Source: Escherichia phage MLP3. Taken from it: a stretch of DNA of 64,000 nucleotides. The DNA lies in sequence record OK148440, one strand, 5' to 3'. Below are positions 47,292-57,081 of this stretch, in pieces. The stretch's first letter is position 1, and every line of letters begins with the position of its first letter. The translations under genes and the position numbers were made by a program. The notes under the pieces are model-generated. The model worked only from the letters and a program-made list of their open reading frames with translations, did not search any database and was not told the origin of the DNA.

Positions 47292-47501
47292 TTAATCAAT
47301 TAAACTAAACGATTTCCAACTACGTGTAATTGCTACCTTTTCGCCATCAAAGAGAACACTTACAGAGATCAGTTTACCGCGACAACTGGATACCGTGGTA
47401 ATACGTCCGGTTAATGCCTTACCTTTATTCAGGTAGTGATAGCGGACACGACGTCCTAACAAACGAGTAGCTTTCTTCTCTAACGTGCTTAAGCTGGTCA
47501 T
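47292..47501 (-). CDS. hypothetical small protein
   Basis: ORF only. Confidence 0.4.
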   Translation of the reverse strand: MTSLSTLEKKATRLLGRRVRYHYLNKGKALTGRITTVSSCRGKLISVSVLFDGEKVAITRSWKSFSLID

Positions 47502-47722
47502 TAAATAGCCCCTTTATATTGGAGTGATCTTACACGACGATACATAACAGTTGATGCACTAATCGCCGCTTGTTTTCTTTCGTGCTCATGCTGATTCTTT
47601 CGAATCTTATCCATCTCGGCATCATTACGACGACGTTGTAAGATTCTGCTACATTTGCGATGGTTATTATTAGCACGTGCTTTCTTACAGATAGGGCACA
47701 AATGGGATTGAGTTAAGATCAT
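47501..47722 (-). CDS. small basic CxxC protein
   Basis: HLCPICKK...HRKCSR. Confidence 0.4.
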   Translation of the reverse strand: MILTQSHLCPICKKARANNNHRKCSRILQRRRNDAEMDKIRKNQHEHERKQAAISASTVMYRRVRSLQYKGAI

Positions 47723-47943
47723 TTGCGTAACCCCAGCTTACGAAGGAATCGGCCTAACTTAGTTTCTTGCGTGATAGTGTAAGTAACAGAGTTATCAATC
47801 AAGGCTTGTTCTTGAATCGGCGACGGATACCATTCACCGGTAAGAATGCATTTGCATTCGATTCCATATTTATCGGTTTTACGATAGGTCATGTTGTTGA
47901 GAATGTTACGATACATCTTAACTTCTGTTTTCAGTTTTGGCAT
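47719..47943 (-). CDS. hypothetical small protein
   Basis: ORF only. Confidence 0.4.
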   Translation of the reverse strand: MPKLKTEVKMYRNILNNMTYRKTDKYGIECKCILTGEWYPSPIQEQALIDNSVTYTITQETKLGRFLRKLGLRK

Positions 47944-48050
47944 GGTGTTTATCTCTTTTTAGTTTCTTTGATTAGCACACTGAATCAATGCACTAGTAAA
48001 AGAAAAAGGCGCTACCCTTTCGAATAGCGCCTCATGTGTTTTATTGTTGG

Positions 48051-48953
48051 TTATGCTGCCAGTTGACGCGCCGCCATAATCTCGGCAGCTTTGCGTAACA
48101 CTTCCTCTTCTTCCTGCGCAGCTTTCTCATTAGCTTTGACAGTTGAAGCGTTTGAGATACGACCGCGAAGGTTAGACAATTTTTCAGTCATTTCATTGAT
48201 CACCTTTTCCATTTCATCGGCGTACGAGTCCAGAGATTCAAGCTCTTTAGTTGAGGCATTAATCAGGTAGTCATCGCTGATAGAAACAGTTGAAGCGGTT
48301 ACTTTCTTAAGGAGTGAATCGAAAGTTTTCTTAACTTTGCCTACTTCTTCACTCAATGCGATAGTATTGTCAGAAGATGCGCCGTTGCGTTCATCTGCCA
48401 GTAGTGCCGCTTCAATACGGATTGCAGCCAGACGGTCAACCAGTGCATAAATATCCTGATTAAAGTTTTCGTTAACCTTCTGGTTGATCTGGTTTGCTAC
48501 CGGAACATTGTCGTTGCAACCTTTGTAGAATGCTGGGTTATCAACCTGCACGTCTTCACCTTTAGCAAAGCGTTCAAAGGAATTAGACCAGCGGGCGCGG
48601 TTTTGTTCCATTTTGGCCTTAACTTGTTCCGGTTTAGCATCCTCTTTCGCTTTCGCTTCACCTTCCAGATTAATCCATTTCTTTTTACCGTTCGCCCCGT
48701 CGCTGTTGTACTTGATCGGGGTTAAGAAAGAGATGGCAACCGCAATCACGTCTAAGTCACGATAACGCTCAGTTAACAAGAAATCAACCGCCGCCTGCAA
48801 TACATCCAGTTTCTTACCGTTGGTGCGGAAGTGCTGCAAATGGCCTAACAGGAAGTTAGAAACATCTTGTTTGATTGCCGCGTTGTTGCTACGAATGTTG
48901 TTAGCCAGTGCATTAAAGCCGGATTCGTTAACCAGATTAAAAACTTTAGCCAT
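48051..48953 (-). CDS. hypothetical protein, first gene downstream of early promoter region
   Basis: ATG at 48953 with AAGGTG RBS (table start is GTG at 48962); C-terminal coiled coil. Confidence 0.5.
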   Translation of the reverse strand: MAKVFNLVNESGFNALANNIRSNNAAIKQDVSNFLLGHLQHFRTNGKKLDVLQAAVDFLLTERYRDLDVIAVAISFLTPIKYNSDGANGKKKWINLEGEAKAKEDAKPEQVKAKMEQNRARWSNSFERFAKGEDVQVDNPAFYKGCNDNVPVANQINQKVNENFNQDIYALVDRLAAIRIEAALLADERNGASSDNTIALSEEVGKVKKTFDSLLKKVTASTVSISDDYLINASTKELESLDSYADEMEKVINEMTEKLSNLRGRISNASTVKANEKAAQEEEEVLRKAAEIMAARQLAA

Positions 48954-49872
48954 GATATTCACCTTTCAATTGTAAGGGCACTATGCCCCGCTCTCTATGA
49001 GCTTTTTAAGTCACTATTGACTTATCAATAATCACTCAATATCAAGTAATTATTGATAAGCGAGGCGGTCTTATCAGGAGTTAACCTTGCCGCCTCCTTA
49101 TCCGTGATGTTTCATCTGGTATCTTTAATTAGTCGCTATAAATAAAGCCGACCTGATAGCGATGATCAATCATCACAATAAGGCAGTGCGTCCGACTCTA
49201 TTTAATTACTTTATCGTAACCGTCGGCAATATCGTCTACTTTGCTTTCGCTCCCGCCTATCCTTTTGTACTAACTCTCAATCGCTAACCATCGCCCACTA
49301 CGGGAGGTTATTGCGAAAGAGTCATTAGCCGTCTAATACATTGACGTTTTATATCTTTCAGCAGGTTTACTACATAAACTGATTATGTACGCCATCAATA
49401 GTGGCCTCAAATCATTCACATCGTAAACGTTCACACTAAACCTTATTGTTAAATAGCAATTTGCCACTTTTTAACCATTCACCGCCGCCCCCAATTGGGC
49501 GTTAATTCGTCGGATTTGCCTACCCTGATAAACTTCTTTCACTGTAGCACCTTGTTAGCGATGGCCGCCGCTACCCTTTAACCGTGGGCGATTAGTTTAG
49601 GCCGTTGCGTGTACTCAATGAATCCGTTTTATCAGTGGTGACGTTTCCAGTTAAGGGATTGTAAAAACTGTTTACCCTGATAATTTAGGGAGTCTTACGC
49701 CGTTTTATCTGGTATGTTTTCCGATGGTTATTATCATCCAACATATTCAACCGATATAGGAGAATGTTTAAATTGTTAAAGAGCGGTAAATCTATCAGTG
49801 TGCTTTCTCACACTATGCAACTGTTAGCCGTTGTTACGCTTTTCTTAAGCGGTGAATTGCTTAAGTGTGCTC

Positions 49873-49901
49873 ATTATGAATCATGCTGTTTTAGCTGTCA
49901 A
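49873..49901 (-). promoter_or_regulatory. sigma70-like promoter (TTGACA-17 nt-CATAAT)
   Basis: minus-strand -35 and -10 hexamers with 17-nt spacer. Confidence 0.45.
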
Positions 49902-50038
49902 CCGCTTTTTAATCTTTTTCGTCGTTCCCTTTATTGGGAGGATATATCAATCAGCTATATTTGATTGAAGATTAAGCGGTAAGGCTTAACTCGCGATTCA
50001 TATTTTTAAAGAGCGGTGTTTCTTACTGCTTGGTGAAC

Positions 50039-50066
50039 ATTCTATCAGAGTGTTTCACCTTGTCAA
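50039..50066 (-). promoter_or_regulatory. sigma70-like promoter (TTGACA-16 nt-TAGAAT, TG-extended) within repeat unit
   Basis: minus-strand hexamers; CCGCTCTTTAA about 22 nt downstream. Confidence 0.4.
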
Positions 50067-50197
50067 CTCTTTTTATCATCTTCTTTTATTCTATTCCCTT
50101 ATCTCGCTTGAATCTATGCGAAAGGGCAAGATGATAAATTGTTAAAGAGCGGGGCACTAAGTGCCGGATGTTTCAAGTCATCGCTGACCGTGTGAAC

Positions 50198-50225
50198 ATC
50201 TTATCATAGTGATTCGATGTGTCAA
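50198..50225 (-). promoter_or_regulatory. sigma70-like promoter (TTGACA-16 nt-TAAGAT, TG-extended) within repeat unit
   Basis: minus-strand hexamers; CCGCTCTTTAA about 46 nt downstream. Confidence 0.4.
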
Positions 50226-50286
50226 CAACTATTTTTCGATTAATGCATCTTGATAAACTAGCGACCATTAAGGCCGCTAACCTACC

Positions 50287-50487
50287 TCAGTTCATACGTT
50301 TAAAGGTTAAATCTTTATCCGTACTTACCAGCGAAAGCACCGCAATAGCTTTGCCTTTATCGGCATCGGCTACCATCTCTTTAGCTTGCTGTAGCGTACT
50401 ACCGACTATTCTCATAATCATGTTAGTAACGTTAATGCTAGTGCAAGTGATTTGCGTGTCTTTGCTTGAGAAGGTGTAAATATTCAT
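50287..50487 (-). CDS. hypothetical small protein inside early regulatory region
   Basis: internal ATG at 50487 with GAGGA RBS; lies between promoter-like repeats. Confidence 0.35.
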   Translation of the reverse strand: MNIYTFSSKDTQITCTSINVTNMIMRIVGSTLQQAKEMVADADKGKAIAVLSLVSTDKDLTFKRMN

Positions 50488-50836
50488 TGATAAATCCTCA
50501 TTATGGCATGGTTGGGAGTTTATCAAGATACACTAATCAGATTCTTAAAGAGCAAGGCTAAACATCTAGCCTATCAGGAGGTAATTTACTGCGTCACGTC
50601 CTGACAAGATTCAATATACACTATCCTAAAACCGTTGCAAGCCTTTTTCTAAAATAATTTCACTTTCTTTTAGGCATAGAGGAACACGCGCACGAATAGC
50701 ATCAAGGGAGGAAGAAAACAAGCCTTATAATCGAAAATAAGGCATACAGGAGGCGTTCTAACGAGCTAAACAGGGGCAAGATGTGCAATCACCTTAGAAA
50801 TGAAAAAAGCGCCTCAAAAGGGCGCTTAGGGAAGTT

Positions 50837-51208
50837 TTACGGATTGGTGCAAGTGCCGTTACCGGATGATATTTCGTTCATCGACTCATCAAACAACGTC
50901 ATGCTAGACCGCATCATGTGATCTATAGTGATTTGCTTTCCGGTAATTTCGTTAACAAGCATCGCATACTTGCCATCAACGACACGACGATCATAGTCAT
51001 TCAGGTCAATCAATACTACCTTGCTAGACTTCTTTCCAGTGTCGTAGTTTTCCATAAGGTAGGTGCATTGCAGACCATCAAGGCTAGACTCATTGAATAC
51101 GGCAGCATAGGACACGGAAGAAATAGCGAACAAAGCAGAACATACAGCTAATTTAATTTTCATGATCCAACCCTTAAGCGGAACGTGCAACAAAGAAAAA
51201 CAAGTCAT
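50837..51208 (-). CDS. secreted protein with signal peptide
   Basis: MKIKLAVCSALFAISSVSYAA signal-like N-terminus (likely start at internal Met). Confidence 0.45.
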   Translation of the reverse strand: MTCFSLLHVPLKGWIMKIKLAVCSALFAISSVSYAAVFNESSLDGLQCTYLMENYDTGKKSSKVVLIDLNDYDRRVVDGKYAMLVNEITGKQITIDHMMRSSMTLFDESMNEISSGNGTCTNP

Positions 51209-51255
51209 AGATAAATGCTATGATACAGAGAACTAACAGACAATGCAAAAAATAC

Positions 51256-51528
51256 TTATGTAACATTACTCACCACTTTATCTAGATGATCATTGAACGT
51301 TTCACAAATGGATTGCACTTCGTCAATATCTAATAGCAGACCGTGACGGGCAAAGAATTGAGCTAACTCAAGATAATCCGCACCAATAAGCATGACACCA
51401 TTGAAAGGGGCGATCTTAACATCTTGAGATGTTACCAATAATAAATTACCAATATCAGCAATAGCGTCATAATTCAGCGTAACGCCTACACCGTAATTGT
51501 GTGTTTCAATAATGGCAATAGTTTCCAT
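51256..51528 (-). CDS. hypothetical small protein
   Basis: ORF only. Confidence 0.4.
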   Translation of the reverse strand: METIAIIETHNYGVGVTLNYDAIADIGNLLLVTSQDVKIAPFNGVMLIGADYLELAQFFARHGLLLDIDEVQSICETFNDHLDKVVSNVT

Positions 51529-51530
51529 CG

Positions 51531-51779
51531 TTAATTATCCTCGACGGTTAGTAGTTCTTCCAGTGACAAACCGGATTTAACCAGCAAATCACGATATTCG
51601 TTAGCATCCATCGGATCGAGGCCGGATAATCGGGCAACGGTCATGCGTGCATGTGCTGAAGACAAGGAAGCTAAAGCACGGATAGGAATCAATACAAGCC
51701 CATACTTGCCACTAATAACTAAATCACCGTGCTGGATGCACATATGAGCATTTACTACGATTGCAAATGATTCGTTCAC
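51531..51779 (-). CDS. hypothetical small protein
   Basis: ORF only. Confidence 0.4.
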   Translation of the reverse strand: MNESFAIVVNAHMCIQHGDLVISGKYGLVLIPIRALASLSSAHARMTVARLSGLDPMDANEYRDLLVKSGLSLEELLTVEDN

Positions 51780-52639
51780 TTGATAGCCTCACAATTAGCA
51801 AAGTTAATAAAAGTTGTATAGACTGCTATACCGTCATTGTAGGCAGTGGTAGCGAGTACAGTTTCGCTAACATCGCCATAACTAACGAGATTAGTTACAA
51901 ACTGTAATTTCTCTTTCTCAATCTTCTGATATAGAGAATAAGTTACCATGTCATGATCACTATCAGCACGCTTTAAATTAATAACCGATTGAACGCCAGA
52001 CTTATCACCTAAGGGGGTAAGAGTGACACGCACACTACTAACACTGACGTCATTGAAACGAACACGCCAAAAGGCATCATTTCCATCACTTCCAACGTCA
52101 CGGCAAGCCATATCAGGAGCGTTTTTAAACGTGCTAACAAAGGATTGCAGACCAGTAGAAAGAGAGTCTTTTGCCTGAACATTGGTAGAGATAGCACTAA
52201 CACCGATAGCTGCAACCAGTGCATAAGAAGCCAGATTAACAGACTTCATAATCTTACTTGCAATAGAAGGCTTGCTATCTTTCTTCTTCTTGTTCTGAAT
52301 AGCTTCAACCATAGCAGACAAGCGGGATAATACTGCGTTAGCATCGCGGCAAGATTCAGGCCAATCCTTTTGAGTCCAACTATCTAAATTAGCCTGAATG
52401 TAACAGTTGATAGCATCTTGCATATCGGTAAAACCATTCTCTTTCATCGACTCTTTATCTTCACACTGTAAGGCGTTCGCGGTGGAATCAATGATGAGGC
52501 AAGCCAGAATGACAGAGTTTTTGAAGCTGGTACGAGCTTGCTGGTTATCCATCCATTGAGAAGGCACACCAACGGAAAGACCTAACGAAGAAAGTACATC
52601 ATTTGCTTGATTCAAGTATTTAATTGCTAACTTTGACAT
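51776..52639 (-). CDS. hypothetical protein with internal signal-peptide-like segment
   Basis: ATG; MKSVNLASYALVAAIGVSAISTNVQA at residues 131-156 could mark a second start. Confidence 0.45.
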   Translation of the reverse strand: MSKLAIKYLNQANDVLSSLGLSVGVPSQWMDNQQARTSFKNSVILACLIIDSTANALQCEDKESMKENGFTDMQDAINCYIQANLDSWTQKDWPESCRDANAVLSRLSAMVEAIQNKKKKDSKPSIASKIMKSVNLASYALVAAIGVSAISTNVQAKDSLSTGLQSFVSTFKNAPDMACRDVGSDGNDAFWRVRFNDVSVSSVRVTLTPLGDKSGVQSVINLKRADSDHDMVTYSLYQKIEKEKLQFVTNLVSYGDVSETVLATTAYNDGIAVYTTFINFANCEAIK

Positions 52640-52683
52640 TTCCTTATCCTTTCGGTTGATGTGAATTAAAAACTACGATTGCA

Positions 52684-52711
52684 ACTATATATTAAAGGAA
52701 AAACCTGTCAA
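52684..52711 (-). promoter_or_regulatory. sigma70-like promoter (TTGACA-16 nt-TATAGT) upstream of 51776-52639 gene
   Basis: minus-strand hexamers about 45 nt before ATG. Confidence 0.4.
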
Positions 52712-52830
52712 CCACTTATTTTCAAACTATTTCATAACTCACTGAATATAAAAGGAATTTAATTTACTAAACTTTCTTGTTCAGAGATACAGCTTACCAA
52801 ATAGATGTTATTTTATAACACTTACAGAAC

Positions 52831-53919
52831 GGGTAGCAGACCAACGGGATAGATAGATGGGTAAGACGTGCCGCATAGGTTAGCCAATGGGTAAGAAGCC
52901 TAACGAGGAAGGGGAAACGGGTAGGATATAATGTAAGTTAGTTACAGTTAACAGGTCAGACCATGCGGTAATAAATTACCAGTCAATTCGCTACTATCGT
53001 AGCTCATATCAAATTCCTACTCATCAAAGATAAAAGAAAAAGAAAAAAGAAACGCTGAAAAAGAAAAGAATAAAAGAAAGAATAAAAATAATAACTAAAG
53101 TAAACAACTACCAGTCTAAACATACATACATCAATAATCCACTCATGAATAATCACATAAGTTATTACATTCAAACTATGGGGGATGGTCATCAATGGTA
53201 TAGTTTACATAGGTTATCATTAATGTTCTTACTATTAATACCGGTTAGTTATAGTCTTCTATTAGTATGCCTGTACAGTGCTAGCCTTTCATCCCTTCTC
53301 AACATGAGTAAGAGAAATACGGGTAGGAAATCACTGGTTAGATATACATGGGTAAATAATCAATGTGTAATATCAATGGGTAGGTTATTTATGGGTAGGT
53401 ATGCCACTGAACGCAGGTAGGGCAAGGCTTAGAGCTTAAAGGCTGATTGATTTCCTAAAGGCAATTGCATTGGTAATAACCCTTTTTTAAATGAGGACTC
53501 CCCCCTTTTAGGAAACGCGCTCGGAGCGGCTAGGTCCATCCGGTCAAATTGAAATTTTAAACTCTTATATATAAGAATAAGGAACTATTTTATGTGGAAG
53601 ATTAAGTTACTAATTAAGCAATTCAAATGTCAACACGAATACTACCCGATACGGATATCGAGAGGAGATGAACGGTTACACGCTTATTACAAGAGTACAT
53701 GGAGATGTGCAGACTGTGGTAAGGTTAGGAATAGTAAATGGGTGGATAGACCATAGAGAGTATGGGGTGGCCTTAACATGACATGGCCTTAATGGGTAAG
53801 CACTACTTCGTAGTGACGATGCCTTAATGTGGGGTAGCCTTTATGGAGTCCCCTTTACATCAGCGTACACGGGTTAGTACACGGGTGGGCCTTTAGATGA
53901 GTACGCCTTTATGGGTTGA
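52831..53919 (+). repeat. iteron-like array of at least 15 GGGTAGG / ATGGGTARG repeats in divergent intergenic region
   Basis: repeats all in plus orientation; proximal copies extend to GCCTTWATGGGT. Confidence 0.5.
53592..53756 (+). CDS. small zinc-ribbon-like protein (54 aa), below the ORF-track cutoff
   Basis: my translation MWKIKLLIKQFKCQHEYY...CADCGKV; AAGGAA RBS. Confidence 0.35.
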   Translation: MWKIKLLIKQFKCQHEYYPIRISRGDERLHAYYKSTWRCADCGKVRNSKWVDRP

Positions 53920-53948
53920 TCACTCTCGTTTATCAGAGGAGAATAAAT

Positions 53949-54197
53949 ATGTTTCTAGACTTTTTATCAGAGGTACTTCCCTACTTCCGCACTGAGAAAT
54001 GTGCATTTGTATTTGATGAAGGGGAGGAGTCAATGACTTGTTTGGGTAGATTGGTAGACCTAGACGACGATGAAGATTTTGATGCTACGATGGACATTAG
54101 TTCATTGGGCTGGTTGTACATGAGATGCTTTGTAAGTTACAAGGCTGAAACGTTTAAAGATTATCGCTATAGCGCTGAAGGAGAGAATGATGAATAA
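53949..54197 (+). CDS. hypothetical acidic protein
   Basis: ATG at 53949 with AGAGGAG RBS (table start is TTG at 53916). Confidence 0.45.
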   Translation: MFLDFLSEVLPYFRTEKCAFVFDEGEESMTCLGRLVDLDDDEDFDATMDISSLGWLYMRCFVSYKAETFKDYRYSAEGENDE

Positions 54198-54843
54198 CAT
54201 GACAGGAACTAATACACTGAATGCAATCTATGAGAACATGGGATGTAAAGGCGAAGTTACTTACAATGGTTCACTCCGTCCTTTATCAGAGGACACTTTC
54301 TATCTGAATCGTGTTCATGAAACTACTGGAGGTAAATCCCGAGTTGAGATGGTAAAACAACTGGCTCATGGTTCTGTGTACGGTTATGCTCCTTCAACCC
54401 GTGAAATATGGGAAGGTTTGATTCCTCGTACAGAAGCTAAAGATGTGAAAGACTATTTCACTGTGGCAAAAGAAGTTAAACGTAAGTGTCCATCCAATTT
54501 AGAAGTTGTTCCGTATGTAGCTGACAAACATGCACACCTACCGGACTATGCCCGTGAGATGATTGAGATGATTGAAGAAGCCGAGTATGAAGCTCTGAAT
54601 AATTATTTAAATTCAAAAGATCAATGGTCACGTAATGTAGTAATTGATGAAGAAGGTAATGAAGTAGTTACGTGGGTACATGCTAGTGAACAAGCTCTGG
54701 ACCCCGAGCTTGAAGAATACAAAAAATTTTTGGCGTCCTCTTCTTTTGATGTAGAGAATGACAAATCTGTTCCAGTTAGCTGGGAAGGTGAAACTGTAGC
54801 TCTCCAGACTTTGTTCAACCTACACGTAGGTGATGTAGATTAA
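54187..54843 (+). CDS. hypothetical protein
   Basis: ATG with GAAGGAGAG RBS; 218 aa. Confidence 0.5.
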   Translation: MMNNMTGTNTLNAIYENMGCKGEVTYNGSLRPLSEDTFYLNRVHETTGGKSRVEMVKQLAHGSVYGYAPSTREIWEGLIPRTEAKDVKDYFTVAKEVKRKCPSNLEVVPYVADKHAHLPDYAREMIEMIEEAEYEALNNYLNSKDQWSRNVVIDEEGNEVVTWVHASEQALDPELEEYKKFLASSSFDVENDKSVPVSWEGETVALQTLFNLHVGDVD

Positions 54844-54854
54844 TAAAAGGTGTT

Positions 54855-54880
54855 GCCTCCTCTCGTGGGAGGCTTTTTGT
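54855..54880 (+). terminator. rho-independent terminator
   Basis: GCCTCC-TCTCGTG-GGAGGC followed by T5. Confidence 0.5.
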
Positions 54881-54908
54881 TATAACGATAATGTAGAAGG
54901 AGTATAAG

Positions 54909-55376
54909 ATGTTTGGAGAAAAAGGAGAACTCACGCCTGCACAGGTAGCTGAGATTACAGGAAGACTGCCCGGAGTAACGGAAGAACTTGAATCCAAGGG
55001 CATGGAACCAAGCACAGGGAAGTTTACTAAAGGTAATAAATTTGGACGTCCCAAAGGTAGTAGAGGTAAATTGACACAGCTCATGCTCGATCGTGTTGCT
55101 GCTAGTCATCTGTCTCCCGATGAAGTGTTGATTCAGATTTATGAAGATCCAAATATTCCACCCGATCTTAGATTCAAGGCTGCAAGTAAAGTCGCTGATC
55201 TGGTATATCCTAAGGCAGCTTCTGTTGAGGTTAAGATTGAGGAAGAGAATGTAATCAATGAAGAATCACTGAACGCACAGATTCGAGACTTCTTGACTGG
55301 TGCACTGAAAGTGGATGTGCTACCTCCAGAGGACTCTGAGGACGCTGAAAAGGAGGAGGAAGCGGACGAGAGTTAA
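54909..55376 (+). CDS. terminase small subunit candidate
   Basis: 155-aa acidic C-terminal protein immediately upstream of large terminase; positional inference only. Confidence 0.4.
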   Translation: MFGEKGELTPAQVAEITGRLPGVTEELESKGMEPSTGKFTKGNKFGRPKGSRGKLTQLMLDRVAASHLSPDEVLIQIYEDPNIPPDLRFKAASKVADLVYPKAASVEVKIEEENVINEESLNAQIRDFLTGALKVDVLPPEDSEDAEKEEEADES

Positions 55377-55442
55377 TAGGAATAGAGGGGAGGGTTCTTT
55401 TCGCGAGGGATCTCTCCCTTTTTTATTTTATTGGAGGAATAT

Positions 55443-56984
55443 ATGTCGTTAGATAAAGAAATCTATGAAGCTCTAACTGGAGACAAGTTGAGTATAGAGG
55501 AAAAGAAAGCTTTGCTCAATATGTTAAAAGAAAGGGACCAGTGGAGAAAATATAACAAGATGTTGGCTTTTAAAGCTTACGACTTTCAGAAGAAATTCTA
55601 TGCAGCAGGGTTGAAGCATCGCTTTCGATTCCTGTGCGCAGCTAACCGTGTTGGTAAATCTTACAGCGAGGCATACGAGTTTGCTTGTCATGTCACAGGT
55701 CGCTATCCAACTTGGTGGACAGGTTACAGATTTAATCGACCCATATTGGCTTGGGCAGTAGGGATTACAGGGGACTCTACAAGAAAGGTATTGCAAAAGG
55801 AATTGTTTGGAACACCTATCGGAAAGGATATGAATCTAATAGGAACAGGTGTTATTCCTCGTGATGCTATCGTATTGGACACGATAGAACGAGATGGGAA
55901 CAAATTACAGATTGTACAAATTAAGCATCAAAACGCGAGAGGCGAGTTTGACGGTTTAAGTACATTAGAGTTCCGTTCTACCCAACAGGGTGAACATACA
56001 TTGATGGGTGCTACAGTTGATTATATTTGGCTGGACGAAGAAGATCCATATGAATCTATGGCAATCTTCTCTCAGTGCGTAACACGTACACTTACAACTA
56101 AAGGTTTAGTTACTATTACAGCTACACCAGAGAACGGTTTAACAGAGCTGGTGGATAAGTTTATGAAAGGTGAAGGAGATGAGAACACAGGTTCTCTGTA
56201 TTTCCAGAATGCTTCTTGGTGGGATGCTCATGTAGATTTAGGTGGACATATCACTGACCAAGATATTAAAGACATGACTGAAGGTATCCCAACATGGCAG
56301 TTAGAGATGCGTTCAAAAGGTATGCCGTTGCTTGGTTCTGGTTTGATTTATGATGTATCAGATGACATGATTAAGTGTGATCCCTTTGAGATACCTGATA
56401 CGTGGAAACGTGTTTGTGCTATTGATATTGGTATCGATCACCCGACAGCCGCTGTTTGGACAGCATACGATGCTAACACTGATACGATTTATGTTTATGA
56501 CTGCTATAAAGAAGGTGGATTTACTCCGGTGTACCATGCACCAGCTATTAATGGTCGTGGTCAGTGGATTCCAGTTATTCTTCCTCACGATGCCGATAAT
56601 ATTGAGAAGGGAAGTGGTTCGTCTGTTGCTCAATTCTATAAGAATGCAGGGGTTAATGTACAGAGTGAGACCTTCTACAACAAGATTGGAATGGATGGTA
56701 AGAAGAACTTCTTTGTAGAGCCGGGAATTACTGATATTCGTGAACGTATGATGTCAGGTCGTTTTAAAATCTTTAACATTGCTTCGTGTGCTAAACTCTT
56801 TGAAGAGAAAGCTCGCTATCACCGTAAGGTTGGCAAGATTGTTAAGGAACATGATGACTTGATGGATGCTATGCGATATTCAGCTTGTTCTGTAACACAT
56901 CGTGGACGTAGTAAGCATGATGCTAGTTATGGTAGTTCATCGCTTTATCAAGACAATATTAACAGATGGAATTCGAGTTACTAA
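55443..56984 (+). CDS. terminase large subunit
   Basis: Walker A AANRVGKS, Walker B-like IWLDEED, C-terminal nuclease-like region; ATG at 55443 with GGAGG RBS (table start is TTG at 55431). Confidence 0.85.
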   Translation: MSLDKEIYEALTGDKLSIEEKKALLNMLKERDQWRKYNKMLAFKAYDFQKKFYAAGLKHRFRFLCAANRVGKSYSEAYEFACHVTGRYPTWWTGYRFNRPILAWAVGITGDSTRKVLQKELFGTPIGKDMNLIGTGVIPRDAIVLDTIERDGNKLQIVQIKHQNARGEFDGLSTLEFRSTQQGEHTLMGATVDYIWLDEEDPYESMAIFSQCVTRTLTTKGLVTITATPENGLTELVDKFMKGEGDENTGSLYFQNASWWDAHVDLGGHITDQDIKDMTEGIPTWQLEMRSKGMPLLGSGLIYDVSDDMIKCDPFEIPDTWKRVCAIDIGIDHPTAAVWTAYDANTDTIYVYDCYKEGGFTPVYHAPAINGRGQWIPVILPHDADNIEKGSGSSVAQFYKNAGVNVQSETFYNKIGMDGKKNFFVEPGITDIRERMMSGRFKIFNIASCAKLFEEKARYHRKVGKIVKEHDDLMDAMRYSACSVTHRGRSKHDASYGSSSLYQDNINRWNSSY

Positions 56985-57081
56985 AACATGGATGCCGGAG
57001 TCTAAGTTAACCGGATATGTAGGGGAGGCATAGTCCTCCCTTTAGTAATTCCTTCCAAGCTATCACCGAGGGAGAGATTAG

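Noticed and set aside
49764-50479. Plus-strand ORFs 49764-49964 and 50219-50479 in the early regulatory region
   Set aside because: They overlap promoter-like and repeat sequences, have no RBS, and have Cys/Leu-rich low-complexity translations.
53004-53420. ORFs 53004-53195 (-) and 53145-53420 (+)
   Set aside because: They translate the purine tract or the iteron array into low-complexity sequence with no RBS.
52830-53920. CRISPR array
   Set aside because: The repeats are 7-12 nt, irregularly spaced and not separated by uniform spacers; no cas genes are present.
57023-57048. Hairpin GGGAGG-CATAGT-CCTCCC between large terminase and portal
   Set aside because: The downstream tract is only weakly T-rich and it sits inside an operon with a strong portal RBS; more likely an RNA stability element or coincidence.
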